The translations under genes and the position numbers were made by a program. The notes beneath the pieces were generated by a model. The model had not been told where the DNA came from, did not search any database, and was given only the letters and a program-made list of their open reading frames with translations. From Histomonas meleagridis 2922-C6/04-290x (Eukaryota > Protista > Parabasalia), in the NCBI GenBank assembly GCA_020184695.1, contig JAANOX010000030.1:133296-197295 (forward strand): a stretch of 64,000 nucleotides of DNA. Direction: 5' to 3'. This document shows, in pieces, positions 1 to 11,891 of the stretch; position 1 is the stretch's first letter, and every line of letters starts with the position of its first letter.

Positions 1-819
1 ATTTTTCATAACAAATACAATAATACTTTCTATGATTAATCAAGAATATACACAGTAAATTCACAAATTTCTTACTATGACTCAAAAATTACTGAATTTT
101 ATTCTAATTTTACTTTATATCTGGAATTTACCAAAAATTCTTTCTGATAATCAAGAAACCGCATTTCAATATATATATTTATATCTTCATGTTAATTGAT
201 GAAATACCATATATTCTAAATTCTCCCATTTTTATAATGTTTAGCCATAAGTAGAAGCAAAATTTTTTTTAATTCTTATTTAAATAAGATTAAAAATTTA
301 ATATTATGTTTATATTACAATTCCGACAGTTCCGATCTACTATTACATTTTTTTATACATTCAAGTTGCATTTCTGGTTGATTTTTACTGTGATTGAGAG
401 GAATGAGCCACAAGCGAAGAAAAACAATTTTTTCCCGCCATTTTACTACACCCTTCATAATTTCATTTACTTACTTTCCAAGACCAAGTTGAAAATGAAT
501 TTTTAACATTAACAATAAATATATTTATGATATATTATTAAACTAAAAAAAAAGTCTATAAGGAGGAAACTATTGACTCTCTTTTAAATTATGTCTGTAA
601 AAATCAATTTAATATAACATAAACAATGAAATTGATATATATTTCATAATTTAGATAATGAATTTAAGCAATAACAAAGAATTATTTACTTAACATTAAT
701 TCTCTTTATTTTAAAGTCAATAAAAAATAAAAAATTTCATCTGCAAATAATTTTTAATAATTTCAATGATTATATATATTTATTTACATTTTATTTTATT
801 TTTTATTATTTATCGCCAT

Positions 820-3800
820 TTATTCCTTTACATCTTTTAGTTCTCTTTTTTCGTTTTCTAATGCGTTAATATTAAAGTCGTGTGACGACAAATGTCTTCC
901 GTTTGCTGACAAATTGCCTAAGCCGAACGGAGCATTTTTCTCATCGATTCCGAATTCGACGTTTTTCTTATTTTCTTCTTTTGCTTCTTCTTCTTCGCCA
1001 TCGTTAAATATTGGCTTCACGTTATATTCATCATCGAATATTTCGATCATTTCCATATTATCATCGTCGTCAGATATCAAACTCATATTTTCTGAGTTAA
1101 AACTTAATTTTTGTAATAAGTTTTCATTTGATGGTACTAATAACAATTTATCATTTTCATTCTCATTTTCTACTTCATTTTTCACATTTGAATTCTTTCT
1201 TCTTTGAACATTTTCGAATGTAACTGCGTCAATCGATTGTTTTCTTGCAACTCGAATTGGTATCGATTCAGTTTTACCGACATTTTGTTGTTGTTTTATC
1301 ATTAAGTTATCTAAACGCGGCCTTTTTTCATCAGTAAGTTTACGAGTGAAACTTCTTTCTTTCGCTTTAGGTCTTTTCCTAATATTAATTCGATTAAATA
1401 TTTCTTCGTCAAGGTTATGATTACCAGTGAACAAATCACCGCTTGTTCTACGTGTTTGATAATCGAATAAGTTTTGGTTCCTAAACACATCAACTGGATT
1501 TAATGTTAATGGCGTATGGATTTTAAATATTGCGGAGAATTGATTCTTTTTATCATTCGAACCAGATATTAAATATATTGATCCATTCGATACTAATGTA
1601 GTTGAATTTGGATGAGAACAAACATTACCAAACTCAGCAACATCATAAATTTCTAATGATGTTAAGTCCAAAATTTGTGTTTTATCCATTGAACCACCGA
1701 AAATTCCAATATATTTATCAAAGCTGATTAATGAATGACATTTTCTTGGTGGTAAAAACACTTTACGTAATTGTTTCCATTCTAAAGTATCCAAATTTAA
1801 TTCATCAAAACGTTTTAATGTTTTACGATTATTAATACCTCCATAAACTAACATACGATTCCCATCTAATATCGATGCATGTTTATATCGAGGATAAGGG
1901 AAACGTGAACCTCCTTCATATACTTTAACGTTATTATTTTCAAGGTTTATTATAATTGTATCATTAAAACATGTTGAAGAATTTAATGATTTTCCTCCAT
2001 AAATAATTAAATTCGTTTTATATAATATCATTGTACAATATTTTCGTGGTTGAATTTGATCACCATTTAATTCGACTTTAGTTGTAACTTTATTTATCGA
2101 ATCAAATTTATATAATTCGTTATATGAAAAGATATAAATATAATTAGCAAATGGTATCGCTATAATATCATTAATAGTTGTCGGAAGTTTTATTACATGT
2201 ATAAGTTTTTGTGATTGTAATTTATATATATCAAAATCTTTATCAATTCCAGTAATAATATATAATACATCATTAACTGATACTGCTTTCGGATTAATAA
2301 ATGGAATTAATTTCGTTTTCATTTCAACATTTTCCCAATCAATAGTAAACTTTTCATTACAAAACAATTTATATTTTTGTCGCATTTGATATAAACATTT
2401 AAACAATTCTTTCATGTCATTTTCATTATTAAATGTAATTGTATAAATCCCTTTTTTGTTTGTAATATATGACTTATTTGATGAATCAATAATTATCGAA
2501 TTTAATTCAGGCCATTGATATATTAATGAAAACTTAGAAATAGGACAATCAAAGATACCTTTGTAACGATTCTTTTCTTGTTGTTGAATGATAACCAATA
2601 AATCCGAAAATAAATATATATTACCTTCATGTTGATTCCGTGATGAACTTTGGATATTAACTTTAGCTTCGAAAACAAGATCGCGTTGTATATCCAAGAA
2701 GATAAATCCATTCGTAATACCTTGTTGAATATGCATTAGTTCAGCTTGTTTACGTGCTAACTCAGAAACTGAATCAAATTGTGACGTCATTTCTTGAATA
2801 CGCTCTGAGACTATAGGTAACAATTTGGAGTCCGGATGTGATTTAGGTGTATATTTGATTAAATCACGTATAAATAATATGTAACGTGGAATACGTTGAA
2901 CTGGCGTTATTAAATAACTATGTAAATCTCTGCCATCTATAGCTTTAGCTAATTGTAATAGTTTACGATGGACATTTGTGTTCTTATAAAGATTTAAAAC
3001 TTCAATAATAGATGGATACTCAGAGACATAATGCTTAGAAATGGAAAAAGCAGGTATGAACTCGATAAATGGTATGGAAATTTCGGAGCTATATGATGTA
3101 CCTGCTTGCTGCAAATGCTCACAAAAATACATATGTACGCCAAAAATGGATGATATGTCCTTAAATATGATTTGTAAATGATTCTCTGGTAATATCTTCT
3201 TGGCACGAAGTGTCTTCTCCCAATAATTTGTAATGATGGAAAGATTATGAAGATAAGATTGCTCAGTAGTAACAATTTCTTTTAATATAAAGGTACGATG
3301 CTTAATACGATTAAGTGCTTCTTCAGTAAATGTGCATTTAAATATGATTTGTTGTGTTTTACCGAGTTGTAATAATGAGGCGGCGTTAAAGGTTTCTGGA
3401 ATAAATTGATCGTTAATATAAAGTGATGAGTCAAGAACAGCTATGTCTAAGTCTTTCTTGATTTTGTTCTTAACATCAACGGCAGTGGCATTTTTGAAAA
3501 AATCTAAATTAAAAGGTACCATAAAAGATGGTATTTCATACTCTGATGGGTTGCTGATGGAAATCCTAAGCGTAAGGGTTTTAAACTCATTAGCTGGATG
3601 AACTGATAACGAATACTTTGGAATTTCATACGGACTACATTGATAGTTAATAATGAGTTGTGGATATGTTTTCAAAGGACAACAAGAAAATGGTAATACT
3701 TCAATGTAGTTAGGTGTTCGAATAAAAATTAATTCTCCAATTAACCCAAATGACTCAGATATTTGTTTAGTTGATAGGTTAACAAAATCTGCAGCATCAT

Positions 3801-3849
3801 AGCATTGAGTTGGTTGCCCTTTACGGATGACAGCAAAATATTCACCCAT
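820..3849 (-). CDS. RhoGEF (DH-PH) protein with C-terminal Kelch repeats
   Basis: 1009-aa ORF. DH motifs HRTFILKEIVTTEQSYL and LHSYLITPVQRIPRYILFIRDLIKYTP, followed by PH-like IYLFSDLLVI. Kelch blades IIYGG, MLVYGG and IGIFGG. Acidic low-complexity tail. Confidence 0.9.
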   Translation of the reverse strand: MGEYFAVIRKGQPTQCYDAADFVNLSTKQISESFGLIGELIFIRTPNYIEVLPFSCCPLKTYPQLIINYQCSPYEIPKYSLSVHPANEFKTLTLRISISNPSEYEIPSFMVPFNLDFFKNATAVDVKNKIKKDLDIAVLDSSLYINDQFIPETFNAASLLQLGKTQQIIFKCTFTEEALNRIKHRTFILKEIVTTEQSYLHNLSIITNYWEKTLRAKKILPENHLQIIFKDISSIFGVHMYFCEHLQQAGTSYSSEISIPFIEFIPAFSISKHYVSEYPSIIEVLNLYKNTNVHRKLLQLAKAIDGRDLHSYLITPVQRIPRYILFIRDLIKYTPKSHPDSKLLPIVSERIQEMTSQFDSVSELARKQAELMHIQQGITNGFIFLDIQRDLVFEAKVNIQSSSRNQHEGNIYLFSDLLVIIQQQEKNRYKGIFDCPISKFSLIYQWPELNSIIIDSSNKSYITNKKGIYTITFNNENDMKELFKCLYQMRQKYKLFCNEKFTIDWENVEMKTKLIPFINPKAVSVNDVLYIITGIDKDFDIYKLQSQKLIHVIKLPTTINDIIAIPFANYIYIFSYNELYKFDSINKVTTKVELNGDQIQPRKYCTMILYKTNLIIYGGKSLNSSTCFNDTIIINLENNNVKVYEGGSRFPYPRYKHASILDGNRMLVYGGINNRKTLKRFDELNLDTLEWKQLRKVFLPPRKCHSLISFDKYIGIFGGSMDKTQILDLTSLEIYDVAEFGNVCSHPNSTTLVSNGSIYLISGSNDKKNQFSAIFKIHTPLTLNPVDVFRNQNLFDYQTRRTSGDLFTGNHNLDEEIFNRINIRKRPKAKERSFTRKLTDEKRPRLDNLMIKQQQNVGKTESIPIRVARKQSIDAVTFENVQRRKNSNVKNEVENENENDKLLLVPSNENLLQKLSFNSENMSLISDDDDNMEMIEIFDDEYNVKPIFNDGEEEEAKEENKKNVEFGIDEKNAPFGLGNLSANGRHLSSHDFNINALENEKRELKDVKE

Positions 3850-4195
3850 TTAGGCTTTTTATTCTTTGAATATGAAATTTTTTGTCCGTTAAAAATTAAA
3901 TTATCTTAATATATAATTGATATTAAACAAAATAAAATATCTTAATCAAAAATATAATATGTAGTAAATTTAAACTTAGAAAAATATATTTAAATTATCT
4001 CTAGATAAGAAAATATAAGATATTTTTTTGAAAACAATCAAGTCGAACAAACTCAGGGAATTGTAATTTTAAACGTAAGACGTAGTGTTTCACAAATTTA
4101 TCTGCTATAAAAATATATTTAATTTTAAATTTAAAGCATATATTTTTATTACAAATCAATATATATTTAGAAACATTTTTTTCCTTAGAAATCAA

Positions 4196-4891
4196 TTATT
4201 TTTTGCTCGAAAAAATTAAATCATCTCCTTCTTCATTAGCGAGTTCAGCAAGAAAATTAGCTCCTGCTTTTGTTGCTTGAACTGTTGGTGATTGTATTTC
4301 ACGTTTCTTGCCTTTAGATGCTGTTATAGGTGTTTTAGGTTTTTTGGGCGTTGGGATCATTGATTTTCTTTTTGGAGAAGATGGTGTTGGATTTTGTCTC
4401 GATTTTTGGATTTCTGCATATGATTGAACTGATGTTGTTTCTGTTTTACGAGCACTACTTGGGGACTCACTATGTGTACTCCTTGCTGTAGATATTGAAT
4501 CATCACTTTGTATTGTTTGTGCTGATTTGATTTCCCTTGGTTTGGGCTTTTTAATATTCCGAATTGCCCTATTTATTTTCTTTATTTCGTTGTTTGTTTC
4601 TGTTTCTTTTTGTTGAAGTTCTAAAATATTTTTCTTCGATTTAGCTTCAACATTACTAATATGTTTTTGAATTTCTTCTTCAGTAAAACCAATACTTAGA
4701 AGTGATTCAGTTATTTGGAAAAGATAAAGGTTTGGTTCTGGATGTTTAATAGGATCTTTTGGAGTATTATTTTCTCTATTTTTTTGAACACTATGTTTTT
4801 TTGATATGTCTTGAGCATGGTGTACTTTTTTATTCATTTCTAAAAGTTTTTCTTTTGCCTTTAAAAGTCTTTCTTGTTCATGAGGATCCAT
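4196..4891 (-). CDS. Hypothetical coiled-coil / Ser-Thr-Pro-Lys-rich protein
   Basis: Open frame; ORF track starts at 4963, but MDPHEQ at 4891 is the more plausible start because upstream is T/A-run promoter-like DNA. No recognisable domain. Confidence 0.65.
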   Translation of the reverse strand: MDPHEQERLLKAKEKLLEMNKKVHHAQDISKKHSVQKNRENNTPKDPIKHPEPNLYLFQITESLLSIGFTEEEIQKHISNVEAKSKKNILELQQKETETNNEIKKINRAIRNIKKPKPREIKSAQTIQSDDSISTARSTHSESPSSARKTETTSVQSYAEIQKSRQNPTPSSPKRKSMIPTPKKPKTPITASKGKKREIQSPTVQATKAGANFLAELANEEGDDLIFSSKK

Positions 4892-5017
4892 AAAAATTTT
4901 GTTAAAAATAAAATTCGTCATTTTTTTCAGAAGTTTTAAAAATGACACACAGAAAAAGTCCATTTTTTAAAAAGGTTGTTTAAAAAAAAACTTAAAAACG
5001 ATTTTCGTTTTGCTAAT

Positions 5018-5563
5018 TTAAAGTTTAGCAAATAAACTGATTTCAGGCTTTTCAGCAAAGACATTGGAGACAACTGAATAAAGTGAGTTTTCATCATCTT
5101 GGAAGATTACTTGAACGTTTCTTGATCCTCTGAGGGTTTGAGCACGTGCAGCAAGAACCTTATGAGGTGTAGATGTGAGATATTTGTTACTGACTGCTGA
5201 GTTGATAACGTTTTGAATTTCTTCTTGATTTTCTTCAATATCAATCCAATAGTATCCACCTCTCAAAGCGGTCTTGGGTAATGGCTTGAATGCTGTTAAG
5301 ACTGGTTCTTGTCTTAATGGGAATGTGATTTGAACTTCGAATTCAAATTGTGCGTATTTGCAAGTTAAGTTCAAGATTGCGCCTTTAACAATTTTGATTT
5401 GAGCTGAAGTAATTATTAATTCAGCGTTGGTAATTTCTGGAAAGATGGCATTCATTTTTGATTGGAGATTTGTCTTGGCATGTGTGACATAGTCATTATC
5501 AAGATCAATATCAGAGAAGCCACCTAAAACGTTGGTGTACATGAGCAACGGAAGGAAGAACAT
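5018..5563 (-). CDS. Secreted tandem two-domain cystatin-like protein
   Basis: Hydrophobic N-terminus. Two units, each with a GG-aromatic N-terminal motif (LGGFSDID, RGGYYWID) and a degenerate QxVxG-type loop (AQIKIVKG, ARAQTLRG). Confidence 0.6.
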   Translation of the reverse strand: MFFLPLLMYTNVLGGFSDIDLDNDYVTHAKTNLQSKMNAIFPEITNAELIITSAQIKIVKGAILNLTCKYAQFEFEVQITFPLRQEPVLTAFKPLPKTALRGGYYWIDIEENQEEIQNVINSAVSNKYLTSTPHKVLAARAQTLRGSRNVQVIFQDDENSLYSVVSNVFAEKPEISLFAKL

Positions 5564-6137
5564 CTTAAAATCTAAGCGACAAATGACACTTCAATTTGAA
5601 TTAATGCGAACAAATAATGATTCAAATCAATTGGCGAATTCAAAAGCGCCATATAAACCAGTCAATTTTTCGATTCGTCAGTTAAAAACGGTTAAAGTTC
5701 AGGCAAAAAAGAAAAAAATTATTTTTATTCTATAAAAAATAAATTTAAATTTAAATTGATAGGTTTTTCCTTTATTAAACTACTTTCCTTTAATTTAAAT
5801 GTAAATAATTTCTAATAAATATAAATATTTTATTTCAATTCTGCAGGCAAATTTTATTTAAAAATCATCAAACTCCATCAAAAACAATACTTAATGTATG
5901 GTGGTAATTTTAAAGTATTTTCGTTAAATAAATATAAAAAATTAAAGAAACTTTTTTTGCACATTATTTTTGAAACCAAAATGAAAAATTTTTTTAACAT
6001 CAATAATTGCTTAATCTAATTATAAACAATGTATTTAGTATTTATACTTGCTACTTCATTTGAAAAGAAAAGTAATGATGTTTTGCTTTTTTATTATCGT
6101 CTTGATGATATTCGACCGTTAAGATCATCTAGGTCCA

Positions 6138-9100
6138 ATGTTGAGCCCAGCAATCAAAAAGATCAAATCTTTTGGATGTCTTCCTACAGCCGACGACGTT
6201 GATTTTTCTACACCTGCTTTATCATACACTCAACTGGATGCAAAGATAATGGAATTATATCAAAAATTTAATGATGATGTAAACAATGTTTCTGTTTATG
6301 AAACTAATAACAAGACATCAGAGGAAAGGGAAATTGAAAAAGTAATGCGACTTATTCGAGGATGTCAAACTCCAAAACAAGTAAATCAAATTGTGAATCT
6401 TCTTTCAAATTCCAAATTCCCAATTACTGCAATGAAAGTCCGTGATCATTTACTTGATGTTATGACCAGGCCATCTTATTTTTCATCAACATCTGAGTCA
6501 CATATTTATTTTCAACTTTTTATTCCAGAACTTCATCGTTTCCTCATATATTTTTCAAGGGAAGACCAAAGCAATTTTCTTGAAGCCTTATCCAATCTCA
6601 TTGTTTGTGTTTCACCAAATCCACAAAAGTTAAATGAAAAAGGATCTGTCCCAAGTTTTCAAAGTTATGAAGCGGTGGCTAATTGTTGCACCTCAGTTCT
6701 CCGCAAATGTTTTGAGATTAATTATCCCCAAGATTTAATTTTAAAATTTTCAAAATCAATACTTTCATCTATTCTTACAGTTTCTGTCAACATTGCCGAA
6801 GTCTCACGTATTATGCATTCACAATTTTCATCTAATTTTATTTACATTGGCTCTTTTTTCCCATTTGTATCCGAACTCGAACCGCTCATAACCGCTAACG
6901 ATAGCGATCTTGTTCGACTTTTACAACAATTTTGGATCGTATCAGTAATGTTTACCTTTTTTGGGACACGAATCTTTTTACAATGGGATGAAGCAGTTAC
7001 TAAGCTTATGAAGTTTATCCCGCCACTTGTACAAAAGACGCCACGTGTTGATTTTTCATCAATTAAAGTTCGAGTTAATGAATTATTTAAACTGATAAAT
7101 CCAAGTTCATTTAAACAAACCGAAAATCTTGTACCAGTTTATACACGCATGTTACCAAATCTTCCAACGAAAACAATATTACAACTTGATGTTGCAGATG
7201 CGATTTATGGCTTGTCAATCTTCACATTAGAAAAGACGCGGGCAGAGAATGGAATTATTGGTCCAATGTTTGAATATATTGAAGCCGAATACACGCCAAC
7301 ATTTTCACAGATATTAGATGCTATGTTTGAGCCCATTTTTAGTGAGTTTGAAAAATATTTTAATAAAGAAGAAGACATTGAACAAAAGCATCAATATATG
7401 GCATTTACAATGTCAATTATCTTACCTAAGATTGCATCAAATAATGTACATGTTCAAACATTAGCTGATCAATTCTGTCGACAATTTGCTTTATCAAATC
7501 CGACAGTAATTTGTCATGAACAAGTGTTAAAGACAATTTTATCTATTGAGAAACATATTCAACAATCTATAAATGAACAACAACGTCAAACAATACATAC
7601 ATTTATTGAAACATTATTTTCATCAGCTGTATCATTAGTCCCTAATTCATTATTTGCATTATTGTTTTATGTCGAATATCGTAAGAAGACAAATAAATCG
7701 AATTCTAAGACAACAATAATTCAAATGCAAAATATAATATCTAAAGAATATTATAATGTATTATTAAATCAATTTATGACTAAATCAATATCAATGGGTA
7801 AAGCAGAATATATAACGCCAGAAAACTTTGATGACATTAAAGAAAATGAAAACAAATCATTAACAATTGCTTCATATATTATCTTACATCCAGAACGAAT
7901 TGATTTAATATCAAAGTTTTTAGATGTTTCTAAGAATGATAAAGATTCGATGTTATTAACATGGACACATTTTGCTAATAATTCGATTTCATTTTCGAAA
8001 CATATTACATCTGATTTGATCCATTTATTTATGGGAAGTATATTAAATAAGACAGGAATATTTGGGTTTACATTAGATTTAAATGTTATTAACTTCCAAA
8101 CGACGACATTACGCTTTTTAATTGAACAAATATTAATTTCAAGTCATTCTGCTAATTATATTTCAATCTTTTCGATTGCGTTAGATTCGAAATTCTTAAA
8201 TAACTCAGCTATAGTACCATCATTAATCTCATTTGCATATTTTGGTTGTTTATTATTAAACTCTAATAATGTATCATTACCAATTAAATTAAAATATCAA
8301 ATTTTACGATTTGTAATTCGAATGTTATTAATATCATATTCTTATACATATGACGCATATATATTCCGTTATATTAATGAAACAGATTTAGTTCATATGG
8401 AACGAATCATCGAAATATTACCTGAAACTACATCATTATTATCAACAACACAAAACATTGATCAAAATACAAGTTCGACAGTTACTAATTCGACAATGTT
8501 TTCAAGTAAAAATGAAAACAAAATTCCTAAAACAATTGGAAATGCAATTAATAATTCAACAATTAACTTCATATCTAAAAACAGTGAAGACATTACTAAC
8601 TTCGAACCTTTAATTTCATTCACAACTACTTTATTATGTAATCAATTACAATTGTTTTATTCATATTTGAAATCAGGTCAAATTCCTCCAAACTTACAAA
8701 GGATTTTCGCATTATATCAAATCAAACCTCGAAAAGCGCATTTAAACGCTACAATTCCAATGATATGGAAAATCGCGCCTGAAGCTTTATATAACTTATG
8801 TTTACTTCCTAGAATTGGTGAAAATGTAATTTCAATAATTGCACAATTATCTGAAATCGATCCGTTCACTGCTGCAAGTATTCCTTCATTAGCGTTATTA
8901 TTTGCAACAAATTCTTCAGACAAATTAAATAAATCAAATTTGTCAATTTGGAAGCCGTTAAATGCGATTCAAGCTTTAACTTTAGTAAAGGCTAATTTAA
9001 TGAAAGATAATGAAGCTGCTAAATATGTATCAAAATGTTTGGCTTCATTTACTAAGGATGAAAGTTTGTTATTCTTACCACAACTTGTACAAAGTCTTCG

Positions 9101-10346
9101 ATTTGATTCTTGTGGAATGCTGCGTCAGTTTTTAATAGACTATTCAAAACAATCCGAAATATTTTTACATTATTTATTATGGAATATTTTAAGTGAAAAA
9201 GGTAATTCTGTAAATGGGAAAGATAATTTACCTGGGATATTGACTGAGTTAGAACAAACTTTAATCGATAATATGTCAAATGAAGAAAGAATTCATTATG
9301 AAAACGAATTCGGTTTAATTGATAAACTTGACGAAGTTAGTCAAAGATTGTTACCGATGCCGATCGAAAACCGTCCGCCGGCTTTGGGTGACATGTTAAA
9401 TGAAATGGAAATCCCTGATGGTATTTATATACCTTCAAATCCAAATTATAAAATATTATCTATTGATGCTGAACATTCAGTACCATTGAAAAGCCATGCA
9501 CGTGTTCCTATTCTTGTCCGTTTTAAAGTTTATGATGAAAATGATGAAGAAAAGAAACCAATTCCATTTTCTTGTATATTTAAGATTCATGATGATGTTA
9601 GACAGGATGCAATGATGATACAATTCATTGATAGGTTCCAAACTATCTTCAATGAAGCAGGACTTGATACTTATCTATTTCCTTATCGAGTTTTCGCTAC
9701 TGGCGAAAATCGTGGAGTTCTTGAATGTATCCCCAACGCCAAGTCACGCCATGACCTTGGCCATGCTACCAACGAATATTTCTTACAATATTTCATCAGC
9801 AAATATGGACCACCCCATACCAAAGAATTTAAGCAAGCGCAACAAAACTTCATCAAGAGTGTGGCTCCCTATTCACTTCTCTGTTATTTATTCCAAGTTA
9901 AAGATCGACATAATGCAAATATAATGGTTGACGAAGAAGGCCATATAATTCATATTGATTTTGGGTTCTTATTTGAGATTTCACCAGGAGGTAACTTAAA
10001 GTTCGAACGTGCTCCATTTAAACTTACTCGCGAAATGATCGATTTGATGGGAGGATCACGCGAAGCTCCACCATTCCAACAATTTGCGACTCTGTTAAAG
10101 AAGTGTTTCTTTGCAGTGAGAGCAAGACATTCTGAAATAGAGTCAATCACATATTTGATGATGAGCGCCGGATTTCCATGCTTCAGAGCCGACTCGATAA
10201 AGAAGCTGCAGCAAAGGTTCTTCTTGGATAAAAGTCCTAAAGACGTCTGTGTTGGAGTAGAACAGCTAATAACAGAATCGTATGAAGCTCCTTCAACATC
10301 TGCTTATGATGGATTCCAAGCAATGCAAAATGGTATCTTCTTTTGA
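6138..10346 (+). CDS. PI4KA: Phosphatidylinositol 4-kinase type III alpha (Stt4-like)
   Basis: 1402 aa. PIK helical region LLFLPQLVQSLRFD. Catalytic motifs IFKIHDDVRQD and QVKDRHNANIMVDEEGHIIHIDFGFLFEISPGGN. Confidence 0.95.
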   Translation: MLSPAIKKIKSFGCLPTADDVDFSTPALSYTQLDAKIMELYQKFNDDVNNVSVYETNNKTSEEREIEKVMRLIRGCQTPKQVNQIVNLLSNSKFPITAMKVRDHLLDVMTRPSYFSSTSESHIYFQLFIPELHRFLIYFSREDQSNFLEALSNLIVCVSPNPQKLNEKGSVPSFQSYEAVANCCTSVLRKCFEINYPQDLILKFSKSILSSILTVSVNIAEVSRIMHSQFSSNFIYIGSFFPFVSELEPLITANDSDLVRLLQQFWIVSVMFTFFGTRIFLQWDEAVTKLMKFIPPLVQKTPRVDFSSIKVRVNELFKLINPSSFKQTENLVPVYTRMLPNLPTKTILQLDVADAIYGLSIFTLEKTRAENGIIGPMFEYIEAEYTPTFSQILDAMFEPIFSEFEKYFNKEEDIEQKHQYMAFTMSIILPKIASNNVHVQTLADQFCRQFALSNPTVICHEQVLKTILSIEKHIQQSINEQQRQTIHTFIETLFSSAVSLVPNSLFALLFYVEYRKKTNKSNSKTTIIQMQNIISKEYYNVLLNQFMTKSISMGKAEYITPENFDDIKENENKSLTIASYIILHPERIDLISKFLDVSKNDKDSMLLTWTHFANNSISFSKHITSDLIHLFMGSILNKTGIFGFTLDLNVINFQTTTLRFLIEQILISSHSANYISIFSIALDSKFLNNSAIVPSLISFAYFGCLLLNSNNVSLPIKLKYQILRFVIRMLLISYSYTYDAYIFRYINETDLVHMERIIEILPETTSLLSTTQNIDQNTSSTVTNSTMFSSKNENKIPKTIGNAINNSTINFISKNSEDITNFEPLISFTTTLLCNQLQLFYSYLKSGQIPPNLQRIFALYQIKPRKAHLNATIPMIWKIAPEALYNLCLLPRIGENVISIIAQLSEIDPFTAASIPSLALLFATNSSDKLNKSNLSIWKPLNAIQALTLVKANLMKDNEAAKYVSKCLASFTKDESLLFLPQLVQSLRFDSCGMLRQFLIDYSKQSEIFLHYLLWNILSEKGNSVNGKDNLPGILTELEQTLIDNMSNEERIHYENEFGLIDKLDEVSQRLLPMPIENRPPALGDMLNEMEIPDGIYIPSNPNYKILSIDAEHSVPLKSHARVPILVRFKVYDENDEEKKPIPFSCIFKIHDDVRQDAMMIQFIDRFQTIFNEAGLDTYLFPYRVFATGENRGVLECIPNAKSRHDLGHATNEYFLQYFISKYGPPHTKEFKQAQQNFIKSVAPYSLLCYLFQVKDRHNANIMVDEEGHIIHIDFGFLFEISPGGNLKFERAPFKLTREMIDLMGGSREAPPFQQFATLLKKCFFAVRARHSEIESITYLMMSAGFPCFRADSIKKLQQRFFLDKSPKDVCVGVEQLITESYEAPSTSAYDGFQAMQNGIFF

Positions 10347-10576
10347 GGAAATGATGTAAAAATGATTTCTAATGATTTTCTATAAAATATGATTTTGCTT
10401 AATTGCAAAAATAATCAGCAAAAAATCAGATCGTTGAATCGTCATAAGAAGTTGCCATATACGTAATGAGTTCAGTTTTAAAACTTATTTACAATAGATT
10501 CTTGAGAAGGTGTTCATGTCAATTAACCGTCGATTGAAAATGCCACTTTTATTTAAAAAATGCCATCGTACATTAA

Positions 10577-11434
10577 ATGGAATTCTCCCACTCCAAATAT
10601 ACATTAGCAACTACAAATGATCATGAAAAAATTGTATACAACCACCAAGAATTCGAAAACGCAATGATGAAAGTGAAAGGAAAGCCAATTATTTTTGTAA
10701 CGATTTTGGGTGAATATCAAATAGGAAAATCTACTACATTAAAATTTCTTACAGGAGATAGAAGTATTGTTGTTGGTGACGGAAATAATCAAGAAACCAC
10801 TGGTGTTTTGATGTATGGACCTTTTCTTTATAATAATTTTCGGGAAAAGTTTAACATCGAAATAATACCAAATGATGAAACCCAAATTTTTTTTATTGAT
10901 ACGGAAGGAAGTAATGGTTTTAATTTATTTCCAGATGAATCAGGAATTCTTTATTCCAAACTTGTTTTCCCATATACTGCGCTATCCAATGTAATCATCT
11001 CTATGCTTCATAGGCACCCTCTTTTTTCTGAAGTGCAAATTCTTTGCAATGTTCTCAAAACAACCAACTTAATTGTTCAAAAAGAACATACTAAATCATG
11101 CCCAAAGAACATTGCGCTTATCAAACATTATATCCTTAAGCCAAATATAAATAATTTTGATGCAATCCAAAAGAAAGCAATGGTAAATTTAACTAAAAAG
11201 ATATCTTTTGTTAAATATGATGATGTTATACCACTTTTTATCTATAATATTAATAATGACGAATCTTCTCAGAGCCCGGAATTTTATGAGGTATTCAATA
11301 TCTTTGCACAACGACTTATAAATCAAATCGAAGAAACACGAAAAGATTTTACGTTTACCTCTGAAAGTGCTTGCGAAATGTATGAGAAAATAGTTAAATA
11401 CATTTCCAAATATTTAATAAACAGTCGTTTCTGA
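10577..11434 (+). CDS. GBP/atlastin (GB1/RHD3)-like GTPase domain protein
   Basis: P-loop GEYQIGKST, G2 ETTGV and G3 FIDTEG. The ORF ends soon after the G domain. Confidence 0.75.
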   Translation: MEFSHSKYTLATTNDHEKIVYNHQEFENAMMKVKGKPIIFVTILGEYQIGKSTTLKFLTGDRSIVVGDGNNQETTGVLMYGPFLYNNFREKFNIEIIPNDETQIFFIDTEGSNGFNLFPDESGILYSKLVFPYTALSNVIISMLHRHPLFSEVQILCNVLKTTNLIVQKEHTKSCPKNIALIKHYILKPNINNFDAIQKKAMVNLTKKISFVKYDDVIPLFIYNINNDESSQSPEFYEVFNIFAQRLINQIEETRKDFTFTSESACEMYEKIVKYISKYLINSRF

Positions 11435-11891
11435 TCTTTAAATTTTTAAAATTCAGTTATTTACTCATAATAATTTATATAAATTTTCTGATTATTTCAT
11501 ATTTATAATTATCTTTTGTTTAAAAATATTTTCATGGCATCTTGGCTATACTAATTACTTTACATCAAATCAACTTTAATTCAATTTATTAAGATCTTTT
11601 CAAACACTTACACATAAAATAACAAATAATACACTCTTGAAAAAAATACTTAAGTTGTGGCTGTACGCCTTCCACTCGTTGAAAAATATCTTCAATGTCA
11701 TTATTAATATCACGTATTTTAAATCAGATTTTGCATTTTAAATCAGATTTTATTAGCAATATGTAACATATCAATTAGTTTTTTTGTATTATTAAAATTT
11801 TCAGTAATGAGGTAATTACCGTGAGTAATAACCACATTCTAATTATAAAATTTATAATGCAATATAACATTTTATTAAACATATTATGAAA

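Noticed and set aside
306-506. 66-aa ORF and other short ORFs in AT-rich intergenic DNA (4001, 5532, 19414, 37245, 45787)
   Set aside because: F/I/K/N-rich composition expected from random AT-rich sequence, with no motifs.
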